Positions 36,111-49,055 of a stretch of DNA of 64,000 nt are shown in pieces (within the stretch, counting starts at the first letter, position 1; each line of letters starts with the position of its first letter). The DNA comes from Felis catus (Eukaryota), in NCBI RefSeq assembly GCF_018350175.1, contig NC_058368.1, positions 15,006,001 to 15,070,000 on the forward strand. Direction: 5' to 3'. Made by a program: the position numbers and the translations under genes. The notes under the pieces were generated by a model. That model made no database searches, was not told the DNA's origin, and saw nothing but the letters and a program-made list of their open reading frames with translations.

Positions 36111-39009
36111 AAACTCAGCTACCTCCCTGCGAAGCTTACAGGCCCATGGGTAAGGCAATCGTCCAGAGCTGAACAGAGCAAGAGCATCAGGCATTGATGA
36201 TAAAGAGGTAAGGGCCAGGGAAATGCAAAAGAGCAAGCAGTATAGAGAACAGGCTGTGGGAAAACTGGCCATAGAAGGAGCACAATCACCAATGGCTTTG
36301 CCTTGCCTTTAAGTGGTAGCAGAATATCCATGTGCAGACAGTGAAAAATAATCATCAGCTGGAAGCCTGCTGTGACTAGCTTGGCTTTGCCAATGGGATC
36401 TGATTAGTATTCTTGAGCTTCCATTAACATCTGAAGGAAATACCCAGATGACACAAAGCCAATTCTAGTAACTGAGATTTAACATTTTAACTCATTTTCT
36501 CTAATGCAATTAACCTGGTTAGGTACCTTCTTTTCACAAACTATTTTGAGCCTCAACAAGCAAACCGTTCACACAAGCACCTCCAAGTTCACCTCCCCCA
36601 AACCAAGCCAGAGGACATGCCTCCTCGTGGAGTGAATTGACACCATTTGCTACAGGGCTGGAGAACTGGGAGTATTTTTCCCAGCCTTGGCTGGACCAGA
36701 GCCAAGGTTGTAAGTACAAATCCTTCAACATGATCTCCCTGTAACTGCCCCTTGGGTGGACACAATCTCACCCCGAGAGCAGCATTTTATTGCATCCTTT
36801 GTTGTAGGTTTTCCATTTTAGGGAGACTTGATAGTGATCCTAAGTACAAACACCTTCTCTGCCAGTCAGGTTCTGTGGCTAGATTTCTTAAAAGGAGCTG
36901 GGAAGTCTTGTGGCCAGGAATAATATTTACATTGAAACTCAGCTCTTGCTGCAGAGGGTGAGGGCGATGATGGTCAAGAAAGGAATTCCCTTCTCCATAT
37001 ACAATTCTTCCCACATGACTCCAGAAAGGGAGTATTTTGAGCTCAGGGTAAATCCTGCAGTTGTTTTCTAGTTACTCAAGAGTAGGATTAACCCTTTAAA
37101 AAGTCGTTTTTTTAAATGCCAAGATAATACATTCATATTCAATTTTTCAAACACTATCTTTTACTTCTAAAGAAAAAGAGCTTAACTGGTTATCTCAACC
37201 CTTAGCCCTTCCCCGGACTCTATCAAAAGCTTAGAGGCATTTTTGCCCAGGTCTGGACTCACTAACCCTATGAAAGCATTGAACTTCTTCTTACACTGGA
37301 AAAAAAGTCTGGAGTGTCTTTTTTAGCAAGATATTTAAAATCATTATTTTACCAATTAGATGTCGTAAAAGGGTAAGTCAATTATAGTTCCCCATTAGAA
37401 GATAAAAAGCAATGCTGCAACCACATTGGCCTTCTTCAATTATAGTCAATAAAATCTAAAAATATTTTAAAAAACAATTACCGATAGGGAAGTGAATCCT
37501 ATGGATTTTTCACCCCTTAATGCTTTATAAACAACAGGTTTAAGAGTATTAGAATGCCACAACGTGAGAAAAGCAATGTGAGACCAAAGCAGTAGGGGGA
37601 AAAAAATCAATGTTTATTCTTGTTTCTGTGCACCTACTCCAACATACGCATAGCTATGGGAAAGACTGTCTACTTTCCAGTAGTTTCTCATTCAGGATTG
37701 ATAGGAACTTCAGGTCTATGGGGGAAAATGACTGTCAAAGACTTTTCACAGTGTTTGCAGTACTGAGATCTATTGTAGGGGTTTAAAAGTGCCAAGAGTC
37801 ACATAACGACTAGGCCCTAGAAGTTTTAAAGATTTTGGCTATTATTTTGAAAGACATAAGAAAACTGCCTGAAACTGGATGAAAGGAGAAGGAACTCGGT
37901 GTTTGGGAAAACACACCACTCCCAACACCCTCCCATCAGCCTTAAGACTATTTGGGGAAGAAATAAGCGGAAAAGAATGTCTGTTTACAGGGACTTCTTA
38001 GGATATACGGTTTAGCAGACTTTTCAGAACAAGTTTATCTGTGCATTTTGGAAGTCTGTTTCCCTGAAGTTTCTCCCAGCAGTGGTCAAGCCCACTTAGC
38101 CTATAATGTGAATAGAGAAATCTTTGCTTCAAGCAAAAATGAAAAAATCTTTTTTTTTTTTTTCTGGAGTCTGATGAGTAAAATTCAGCAGCATACATGA
38201 TACGAAGTAATGCGATTGTGCGTGTCTTCCCGGTTTTTGTTTTTTTGTGTGTGTATGTTCAGAAAGAACATTATTCTGGGATGGAAAAACAACCTTGAAA
38301 AATACAGAGATAAGAGGTTTCACTGTCTTCCGTGAGAGTGTCATATTTCCATGGTGATGAAACAAGCTCTTGATTCCGGATTAACCAAGGTGATCTGTGG
38401 GCTTCCTGCTTCCTTATCCCATGTAACAGGAAGACAGGCAAAAGGAAAGGGGAGGAAAGGGGAAAACCAATGGCGTGCCCAAGAGATGCACAGAAATTTG
38501 ACAGGTTCTGGTCTCAAGATTCTGTTATGATAAGTCAACCCCAAGTACTCAAAAAAATGGCAGGTTTTCCAATGTTCACTATTTTGCAAAAGTGGCATTC
38601 TGCTTTTTAACAATACCTTTAGTGTAATTTCATAAAACATGAAAGATTTAATAAGCATGAGAAATCACCTGCCTTCATGTAAGCAGCTTCCATTGGCATC
38701 AATATGAACTAAAGGGAGCAAAACCCTACCTTGCTTTTTTGTTTTTCACTCTTCTTAGTTATATCTACTCAAAACTCTCTGGGTCTGTTATCACCTTTCA
38801 ATTTTCCCACAGCTAGACTCTGGGTATGGAATGTTTTAACCTAATTATCTTTCTGACTCACCAAAGCAGTTTTTGAAACTTACCTCTTCAGCAAAACCTT
38901 TCCCAATCAAGTAGTGTGGAAGTGGTTATTCTTTCAGTGCTGACCTGTCTAGATTTAGGAGGGCTATGCTCCTTGCTTCACACTTCTCGACATCATGATT
39001 AGCATGTTA

Positions 39010-39400
39010 TAAATCTAACAGTGGATCCATTCTATGCGGGGTACCAGGCCCCATTCTAAAAATATGGCATCAGAATCTCCGGGATCGGAGTCCCGATATG
39101 TGTAGTTTTCATAAATCTAGAAGTGCTTACGATGCACTGCCAGCTTTGGAAGTCAGCAATGTATGGTTTCATTCTGGGTCTATTCTGCTTTTGTGTCCTC
39201 TATGGGTATCTGCATCCATTTATGTGCATTGGGTTTTTGAGTAGGATAATCAAATACCACAGCACATCTGGCAATGTTTAAAAGTGGATCCCTAAGTACT
39301 AGCCCAGCCAAGTCTACCAATTTGACCCTGTGGGGTATGGCCTGGAAATCTGCATTCTAACATGCTGCCCTCATTTCTCCCCCAAAGTGATTTCCCTATA
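39010..39400. mobile_element. MER5A/5B-like hAT-Charlie fragments
   Basis: catcagaatctccggg and ggcctggaaatctgcattctaaca motifs. Confidence 0.6.
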
Positions 39401-39409
39401 GAGGAGTCA

Positions 39410-39670
39410 CACCAGAATACCTACAGGGACCAGGCAAGTCAGCTCAATGAATGAGGCAAGCTGGGTAGGAAGTGACCAGAGTAAAACTAATGCCCCCTCA
39501 AGAGGGGTAGGTACTACTTGCCTGAGCAGTTTGTTGCTACTTTGCATACTAGGAATAGATCCAGCATTGCCTAAGTTTTGAATTTTTCAGAACCTAGATA
39601 TTCAGAGAAATTTCCCACAATTCAAAAAAACCCAGCAAACACAGCTGCCACTGGCGAATTGTGCCCTCTG
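39410..39670 (+). mobile_element. MER102-like hAT-Charlie element
   Basis: cctacagggaccaggcaag...aatgaatgaggcaagctgggt...cagcattgcc. Confidence 0.65.
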
Positions 39671-39849
39671 CCTTTGAGAGTTTTACCAAAGTATCTCGAA
39701 TCTGATGACTTAAAATGTCATGAGACACTATGGGCCTGACCAAGTGATTCCTTATGAGGTATTATAATAGAACTGCAGGATTAGAAGGCCTCTGCGAGTC
39801 AATCCCACCATTTAATGTTTAATGTTTGAATCCCCAACTTTAGCATTCC

Positions 39850-40615
39850 CCACCCCCCAGGGTGATGACTCCCCAAACCACATCATCTCTCATCCAGATA
39901 TATCCCACCTGTGCCGCACAAATCTGAATGCCTCTTGGCTACCTCCACTAGGATATCCTACACATGGCATATCCCCACATAAAACTGTCATCTTCCAGCA
40001 CCAGACCTCCAAATGCTCTTTCTCTGTGTTCCCTCAGTGGCCATCAGTACTATCTGCCCAGCTGCCAAAGCCAGAAATCTAGGTGTTTGCCTTACTTCTT
40101 CACAAGCCCCATATTGATCATCTACCAAGTCTTGCGGACTCTGCCTTCTTCACATTAATCAAATTTGTCTACTTTTTTTCATCCCCACTGACAATGAGTT
40201 ATTTCTGGCTATCTCTTGCCTGAATTGCTAGAATAGCCACACCCTTCCCCCAATTAGTTTTAGCCCCCTTCAATTCATTCTGCTTTTAATTCATCAAAGC
40301 CAGAGCAGCTATCCTAAAATGCAAATCTGATTATGTCAATTTCATAACAGCAATGAGCACCATGATAAGTTCAGTCAAGGCAGTATCGCGTGGCCCTTGG
40401 CTGTCTCTTTGCTCCATTCATTCATTCTCCATCTCACACCTGAACTCGATGCACAGCCCCGTGGAATTTCCTCTATTCCTCCATTTGTGTTATGCAGTCC
40501 TTTCTTTGATACCTTTGCAAATGCAGTCTGGAAACTCATCCCCCTCATTGGTCTCCACATCTCCACCACTTAGCTGAGCTCTGCCTACTGGTTCTTAAAA
40601 TCTCAGCTTAATCAT
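39850..40615 (+). mobile_element. L2 fragment
   Basis: ctgcccagctgccaaagccagaaatctagg; aaaatgcaaatctgattatgtca. Confidence 0.75.
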
Positions 40616-40774
40616 TATCATTACAATGATCACAAACAGGTATTAAACGCTTCATATGTGCCAGGGCACTGTTCTAAGGGCTTTTACACATATCTCATTT
40701 AACCCTCACAACAATGCAAATACTTTACCATTAGTTTCAGAGATGAAGATAAGTGACATCTAAGATATCTGCAT

Positions 40775-40980
40775 TTTATTATTATTTTTTGACAGAGAGA
40801 GTGTGTCAGTGGGAGAGAGGGGCAGAGGGAGGGAGGGAGAGAGAGAGAAAATGAATTACAAGCAAGCTCTGTGCTCAGCACGGAGCCCAATGTGGGGTTC
40901 GATTGCAGGACCCCTGGGATCATGACCTGAGCCAAAACCAAGAGCTGGATGCTCAACAGACTGAGCCACCCAGGTGCCCC
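40775..40980 (-). mobile_element. Can-SINE
   Basis: Antisense head ctgagccacccaggtgcccc; adjacent to a MIR fragment at 40620-40765. Confidence 0.94.
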
Positions 40981-41674
40981 AGATGTTACTACCTTCAAAA
41001 GCCTCCCATAAGTCCCCTGAATGGTTGTGTGATGCTTGTAGGTACCCAGTAATACTTCATATTTTCTCCTGTCACGGCACTCACCAAACTCCACCATAAT
41101 TCTGTTTTACCTCTCTCCCAACAGATTCCCAGCTCTTGGATATAGAAGGTAAAATTAAAAAAAAAAAAAAAAAAAAGGCTAAGACGATGCCTCTCAAATA
41201 AATAGTTGCTGAAGAAATTAATAAATGACTGAAGAACTTCTGAGTTATTCAACATTTGAGTGTTCTCCTTTAAACATACAACAGTTGTATTTATGAACAT
41301 TACCAATTACTGTCATTTCTGCCCTGTTGGGAGACCATCTAACTCTATATTAGAAGAGTGTGATGAGGGGAAGAAAATAGGTGTAAACAGACTGATACAC
41401 TATTGATGAAAACTACACAGTGATGGCTAAACATCAATTTTCATTCTTCCATCTGTCTTGGCTTCAGAGGGGTTCCTAAGTTGACTATGTCTCTTGCTTT
41501 CCTTTCTCATAGTCATCGTCCAATTTCAGACCGTTACACCTCCTGGCTCCACGTTCACACAGGTATCCATCCAGGCACCTGTGCATCCATCCATCCATCC
41601 ATCCAACTAGCGAGATGGCTGACACTGAGGATATAGAAATGAGTAAGGCTAAATTCTCCTCAAGAAGTCGTCTA

Positions 41675-41884
41675 GGGGCACCTGGGTGGCCCAGTTGGTT
41701 AAGCATCTGACTCTTGATTTTGGCTCAGGTCATGATCCCACGATTCATGGGTTCGAGCCCTGCGTTGGGATCTTTGCTGACAGTGCAGAGCCTGCTTGGG
41801 ATTCTCTCTCTCCCTCTCTTCCCCTCCCCTGCTCATGAGCTCTTTCTCTCACTCTCTCTCAAAATAAATAAACTTAAAAAAAAA
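41675..41884 (+). mobile_element. Can-SINE
   Basis: Head, CT tract, A tail. Confidence 0.95.
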
Positions 41885-41893
41885 TCCACTGCT

Positions 41894-42120
41894 GGGGTGC
41901 CTGGTGGCTCTGTGGGTTAAGTGTCCAACTCTTGATTTCGACTCACATGATCTCGTGGTTCACGAGTTCAAGCCCCACGTTGGGCTCTGTGTTGACAGTG
42001 CAGAGCCTGCTTGGGATTCTCTCTTTCCTTCTCACTCTGCCACTCCCCCACTTGCTTTCTATCTCTCTGTCTCTCAAAATAAATAAACCCTAAAAAAAAA
42101 AAAAAAAGAAAAAGAAAAAG
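41894..42120 (+). mobile_element. Can-SINE, tandem with the previous one
   Basis: Head, CT tract, A/(GAAAAA) tail. Confidence 0.94.
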
Positions 42121-42423
42121 TCTAATAATTTGCCTGGGCCATAGGAAGGGCTCAATAAATGTTTGTTTCTGTCCCTACTTCCTGTTCAGACAGGGACAGT
42201 GACTGCTATAACACCTGCAAGCTGTCACCTTTTCTAAGCAAACTCCTTGCACCTTTTTCATTGTAAAAATAACACTGCAACTGTCTCATGACCAGCCAAC
42301 TTGATTTGACAAAGGAAAATCTGCTCCTTTTTTTATGGGCTCTTCCTTCCTTGGCTGAGAGCTGAACTTACTTGGAAGAGCACAATTTACTAAAAATGAA
42401 GTTCTAATATTAGAAATAAATTT

Positions 42424-42658
42424 GGGGGGTGCCTGGGTGGTTCAGTCGGTTAAGCCTCTGACTTCGGCCCAGGTCATGATCTCACGGTTCGTGGTTCGAG
42501 CCCCACGTCGGGCTCTGTGCTGACAGCTCTCACCTGTAGCCTGCTTCAGATTCTGTGTCTCCCTCTCTCTCTGCCCCCCAGCCCCTGTTTGCATGCTCTC
42601 TTGAAAATAAGTAAACATTAAAAAAATTAAGAAAAATAATATTCTTTAAAAAAAAAAG
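42424..42658 (+). mobile_element. Can-SINE (felid type)
   Basis: TSD agaaataaatttgg / agaaacaaatttgg. Confidence 0.95.
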
Positions 42659-44790
42659 AAACAAATTTGGACACCTGCATGAAGTTCAGGATCATGGGAA
42701 GCAGTCATGGAAAAAACAGAGCTTTAACAATGGATCAGAGAGCCTTGCTCTTCATGTTGAAAGGAAAGGGGGACTGAGAGCGGCCAGGAGCCAGGATATA
42801 CTCTCCAGGTCTTCTGTTGAGTTCGCAGCCACAGGCTGTCTCTCATGATCCACATGTGCACCTAGGAAATCCTCATGTGGAGCAAAAGTCCTAGTAACGA
42901 TTAAGACCAGTTGTGAACATAGGAAGTGGCCACAAGTACCCAAAATACCTCAACAGGTTCTCTTACAGTATCAAAGCAATCACTCCTAAAAGCCAGAGTA
43001 TAGAGTCAAGCACACATTTGTAATAATAAGCATAGAATCTTAGTTGGAAACTTGTAGTTCCTTTATAAAGATAAAGTTGGTCAAATATCTACAGGTTCCA
43101 TTATCATGGCATCCTCAAGGAAAAGTTATACAATTTAACATGAAAATTAGGCTATGCCTAAAGTAATTTTTAAACTTCTCAAAAATCTAGTAAAATTAAA
43201 TTCCCTATATTGTACTACTAAAAAAGGGAACGCATATTTATTAAACAAAACAAAAACAGACTACCATTTTCAAGGTGAACACTGAATATTTTCTTTAACA
43301 ATAAAACTTATTATATGTGTAAGAACATTTCAGTGAAATATAAAACAAATATTTTTCTCCCCTTATTTTCAGCAGTTTTTTTCTAATTCGTCTTTTCTAA
43401 TATCAGTAGGGAGGAAGAGATGAATAACAAAGAAAGTCTGTAGCTGAAGATCCAGAAAGAAAAATCTACCTATTAGCTATCATTTCACTCAAGGGATTAC
43501 AAAATGCAAAAACAAACACATCAATTTATTCATTAGGAGTCAAGTGAGGAGATAAACACCCCTGTTGAACCGAGAGATCTTAGTTTGAATGGTGCATAAT
43601 GGAGGAAGCTCTCTAAGATGTCAAATCTAGAAAGATACCACCTAGAAATGAGTGACAGTTATTCACAGTGATACTAAAAATAGGAATCGGGTTGTAACAT
43701 CTATACTCAGTGAGGCTGGAGTATCAAAGCACCTCCCTAATCTTACCAATTTATCCAGTGTACCTGGACCTTCTTTGTAGCGGGTCATAAATTGTGGAAT
43801 ATTTTTTGAGGAGGAGGAAAAAAAAAAAAAGAAGTCTAGGTCACCAGGCCATCTGTTCTTGTAGTGCTCTGGCTGGGGGAGATCCAAGTATATCTGAGGT
43901 TAAGTGAAAGCAAGTGGCTAGCACTTTTGCTATCTATCTGCAGAAGCTTTTAGCACATTTATCAGAAGCCATACAGTGCAAACTCTTTTGATATTAGGTC
44001 TCTGGGTGTAGCTTTCAAGATCATTCTTTGTTCCATTCTTCCTTTATTGTCAAACTGTACCCAACAGGTGGTCTAGAGTGTGAATTTCAAACATGTGCTA
44101 TTAATATGCCCAAAACTGTTGCTGCAAAGGGGAAAGAAAACCACATTAATTGAATCTTGGCCTGTTTTTACTCATAATGTCACAAATATATTTTCTATGT
44201 CCTAAAGCAATACGAAATGATTCATAAAACCATGTGAAATCTTTAGGTGAATAAACCCATTAAAAGATGTATTATTTATTGCTATTAAAAGTAATTATCT
44301 TACAGCAATTCTCCACCAAAAACTACACACAAAGTAAAGGTCAACATTAAAAAAATAATAATGTTACAATCTCTTTTTCATTTACCCCGTTTCCTGTCGG
44401 TATACTGATGATCATTAGCAAAAGTATTATATATGTAAATAATTCATATTTCAAAATTTCTTTGTAAGTATCTTTAAAATATTTTTCTCATAAATGTTTT
44501 TTGGGTAGGTCACTATTATTCCCATTTTATAGATGCCATATGGAAATAATAATAGCACCTACCTCAAAGTATTGTTTCAGAGATTCATTAGATCATCCAC
44601 ATTAAGTACACAGAGTATGTGGCAGATTACTTATTGAGTGCTCAAAACATGTTAGCTATTATTAATATGCAAAAGTATTAGCAACTATATTAAGGTTATC
44701 AGGAGTCCATTGAAAGCAGGCCAGGCTGGTTTGGGTCTTCATCTAAAACGGGACAGTTCTTCCAAAAAATAAAGATACCATTGTTTATAT

Positions 44791-44833
44791 AACTAACTAG
44801 AATTTAAATGAAAACTTGAAACATTAAAAAAAA
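44791..44833 (+). mobile_element. About 43-bp L1 terminal insertion with 20-bp TSD
   Basis: aactaactagaatttaaat matches the L1 end at about 2894. TSD aaagatacca(t/c)tgtttatat. Confidence 0.85.
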
Positions 44834-44854
44834 AAAGATACCACTGTTTATATC

Positions 44855-45165
44855 CATCTGCCTAGAATGCTTTTCCCCTCCTCACTCCCAACTCCTGACC
44901 TCTCTACTGGGCTAATTCTTATCCTTCAGATCTCAGCTTAGATAGTACTTCTTCCAGGGGTGAGCAGTCACTAACCTCTCCCAAATCTAGATTATACTAT
45001 ATATACTAGGGTCCTCCTCCTACATGCCCCAATATGGATCACAATTGCCTGCTTCTATGCTTCCCTATGACACTCAGGCAGGGATCATGTCTATCTATAC
45101 ACTACATTTCTTGGTGCTTAGCACAATGCTAGAACAGAGTGGATGCTCAATAAATATCTGTGATA
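44855..45165 (+). mobile_element. L2 3' end
   Basis: tctgcctagaatgctttt...atccttcagatctcagctta...gctcaataaatatctg. Confidence 0.85.
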
Positions 45166-46096
45166 TGAGGACATCTGGGATCTCAAATCAGCCTGGTTTA
45201 TGTTGGCTGAACAGGTTTTCCTTTAGCCTGATTGACTACTACCAGCCAATGAGATAAAGCAGCAGACAGTTGGCGGGGGGTGAAGGGGGTGGTTGAGGAT
45301 GAGGCTGGTGAAATGGGATGTGGCATCATAGAAGCAGAGGGGCTGAAGGGAGGGGCTCTAGAGCAAACAGGTCCCATCTGGCCACTTAAGGTCACACCAG
45401 CAGCATCACATTCAGATCCACTAATTCTGGATATCTAGATATCAGTCCTGCAGCATGGGGAATGAGAGCCTGGGTTAAGTGCACCTGGCCCCAGTCTAAG
45501 AGACTTCTGACCAGAGTATTAATAACAAAATGCAAGCCAGGGGCCCTGATAGCTGGAATGAAAGAATCCAATCTGATCCAAGACCCCAGAAGACTTACCA
45601 GACAGTTGGGATGTGTTGAGCACGTCTGGCCCAGCACAGAATTGTAGTGCTGAGGAAGAAACTTTGAGACTTTGGGCACAGCTGATGGAAAATGAACTGA
45701 AATGTTCTGATTTGTTACAGCAGCTGCATCATAGGAAGGGACAACTTTAGAATAGTATCTGACAGCATGGAAGGAATTAAGAGAGAGAGCTTTGCTGGGA
45801 ATTCGAGTTTTATACATATCACCAATTGCATTCTCTGAAGTGGAGCTGGACTGACCTTTAATAAAAAAGAAAACAAATATCCATCAGTATTCACAACTCT
45901 GTAACTTGGAACCACTGTATTTGAAATAAAAGTCCTCTATGTTGTTCCCTCCTGTTACAAATTTATACTACTCTTATACTCAAATGCTGATGGAAAAACA
46001 CAGCGGACTTTTTAGTATGACGGTGCAATACACATACTGTAAATTGTGTGTGTCATCAGAAGACAGATTTTAGAGGAGCATCAGATCTCTGTGACT

Positions 46097-46138
46097 CTGT
46101 GTGTCTGTGTGTGTGTGTGTATGTGTGTGTGTGTGTGT
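46097..46138. repeat. (TG)n microsatellite
   Basis: Direct reading. Confidence 0.95.
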
Positions 46139-46331
46139 CTTTCATAGTAATCAAAATTGTGACCATTCTTATGAACCCAAAGAAGTATGAAAGAATGTTG
46201 GAAAGTTGAACTCTGTTCAAGCACAAATAAAGTGTGGTTGATTTTATATCAATGAAATGGGTTGTATAATCATATATCTATGGTCTGTACAGTAACTAGA
46301 AGGCAGAAAAAAAATTTAAAATATATCATGA

Positions 46332-46536
46332 GGGGTGCCTAGGGCCTAGGTAGCTTAGTCAGTTGAGTGTCTGACTCTTGATTTCACTCAAGTCATGATC
46401 CCAGGAATGTGGAATCGAGCCCCACGTTGGGCTCCGCACTGAAAGCACACAGAGGCTGTTTGAGATTCTCTCTCTCCCTCTCCCTCCTCACACATGCATG
46501 CATTCTCTCTCTCCCTCAAAAACAAAAACAAACTAT

Positions 46537-46569
<33 letters not shown>

Positions 46570-46585
46570 CACACACACATATATA
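46332..46585 (+). mobile_element. Can-SINE with (CA)n/(TA)n microsatellite tail
   Basis: Head with cctagg duplication, CT tract, then CA repeats. Confidence 0.9.
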
Positions 46586-48509
46586 TAATATTAATAATGT
46601 AATCTGAAGTAACACTGTGAATACCTATCTTCTTTTGGATATTAGTAGTAAAGAAAATAAATTTTATGTCTATTTTACATACAAATGTATCTAGAATACT
46701 TGTGAAAAATCATTTCAGCAGATATGTACAAAGATTTATGGAAAGGACAGGTAAAGGTTACCTAATAAAATCTAAACACTGAACTCAATCAGTACTTCTG
46801 TGTTACAGGTCAGATGTTAGCAGACACCTGGTGACCTTGGGTGGTAATTTCATTTCTACAGCCTTCAATTTACTGACCTATGTGGTGAAAGTGACATTGG
46901 AAGACTTAACTGATTTCAACTGTTCCAATCCTCTTTCAAAAATAATTTGGCAACATGCATTATGACCTATATATGTGCTCACATTTTCAAACTCATTCAT
47001 CACACACTCCCAGGTAGCTACCTCAAGGAAAAGTTCAAAATATAGGAAAATCTATGTATGGGGAAATATTTCCTATCATATTGTACACAGAATCACTCTC
47101 CCCACAAAACTACAAACACTAAATGTAGCAGTTGGAGGATGGCTAAGAAAATCTTCTATAAATTATTTGATAAGCCATTAAATGGTGGTATGAGGCACAC
47201 AATAAAAAATTAAAGTATATTGGACATAATGTTAAGTAAAAGACACAGGCAACAAAACTGGATGTCCAATATGATTACTGCTGTAGAAAAATATACATAG
47301 AAAAAGACTTGAAGGAAATACATTAAAAATGAACAGCTATTATCTTAGCTGGGCTAGTTAAGGACTAATATTGCTTTCCAAGTGGAAAAATGTATATAAA
47401 TAAAATTAAAATGGAGGTTCTGACTCAACGACCTTCAGGTCTTCCCCAGTCTGAACATGGCATAAAGTCCACAGTCCTAGTATATTTGTGTCTTCCCAAG
47501 AGCAGCTGCTTCATGTGATACAACACCAAGAGATGTTGGGGCACAGAGAGGCTTGAACTCACCACCGTGTAAACAGTAGTTCAGAGTTTCTGCAGAGTAT
47601 AAACACTGAGAATGCACAAGTAAGTACTGTATGTTCAAAAGGTAACATTGACAGGCATATGCCTGTGGTCTGACCTCTATCTGATTTAATCTGGGCTGAT
47701 TTAATCATTCTGGGTGATATTCAGCCACAACTACTTTAAGTAGATTAACTGTGGCTCATGGCTACTTTTTTTTCTATTTTCTTCCCCTCTCCCCTAAGTC
47801 AGGGGGAAAGTCTGAACTGACTAATAAAACACCCTGAATCTTGTTTGATTATATGAACAAAGAGGACTGTATGCTATTGTGGGTCTCTTTCTCTTTTGAC
47901 TTTAGACACCATCCCTAGTAACATCATTTATTCCTGCAGCTTTTACCATGTCCTCATAATATGCACAGTACCTCTACAACAGCATTTAAAGTACTACAGG
48001 AATTCTATTTTGCTACTGTGACCCTCCCCCCTACTCATTTGCCAGCTCCATAAGAACAAGAGCTGCACCTTGTTCGTCTTTGAGCTCCCATCTTTCAAGC
48101 AGGGACATTTAAGCTGAGAACTAAGGGATGAACTGGGAGTCCCCCAGGTAGAGTATGGAAAGGACATCCCCAGCACAGGGAAGGTACTGAATTAAGTGAG
48201 GGGAATCCCTTCAAGGAAGTCAGCAGAAGGGTGACCTCAGACTCAGGCACTGAAGAGACAGGTCCGGGTGTCCTGTCATCTAGCATCTAACATGCAGATT
48301 AGGAGCTCAGTACCTTACTGACTTCTCAGTGAAGAGTCACTTTCAGGAATAAAAAAGTCACAAACTGGTAGCTGTATTTTTTTACTCTGGCTCCGCTTTT
48401 TTCCATCTTCTTATTTCTACAAGTACATTGGCATGCCTTGACATTATAACACAAATAACAAAAATGCCTCACAGTGGGTAAATACTTTTTTCACAAAGAA
48501 TATTCATAT

Positions 48510-48910
48510 AATGAAGGTTTCTTGAGCACCTACTGTATGCTGGTCATTGCACTAGGTACTAGAAATACAGCAATGAACAAAATAAGCAAAAAAAAAAAAA
48601 ATTTCCGTGTCTTCATGGAGTTGATACTCTAGTGGGAGGTAACAGGCAATGAGAACATATGCAAATAAATATTAGAAAGTAATAAGTGCTATGAAGAAAA
48701 ATACAGCAGAGAAAGTGGATAAGTCTCATGCCTTAAAAAAAGAAAGAAAAGAAAAGAAAAGAGAAAAGGAAACAAAAAAGAAAAAAGAAAAGAAAAGAAA
48801 GTGAAAGGAAAGGAACGAAAAGAAAAGTCCATGCATTATGTAATGCTGGGAAGTATACAGTTTTAACAGGTGGTTGAGACTTACTGAGAAGGAGACAATT
48901 AAGCAAAGAT
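48510..48910 (-). mobile_element. L2 3' end with internal (GAAAA)n expansion at 48735-48827
   Basis: ttgagcacctactgtatgc...gaaatacagcaatgaacaaa. Confidence 0.8.
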
Positions 48911-49055
48911 ATGAAAAAGGTAAGTAAGTTAATATGTTAAATCCTCACAACATAGTTATTATGCAATTAATCTGAGTATTTCCCTTTCCTTTAGATTCTA
49001 TTCATGTAATAAAGTCACTAATGTGCTTATCATCTATCAGTAAGGTAAGCTTTCT

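Noticed and set aside
47563..47589. YCLHG as part of an EGF-like domain
   Set aside because: Only five residues match, and the other conserved cysteines are absent from adjacent candidate exons.
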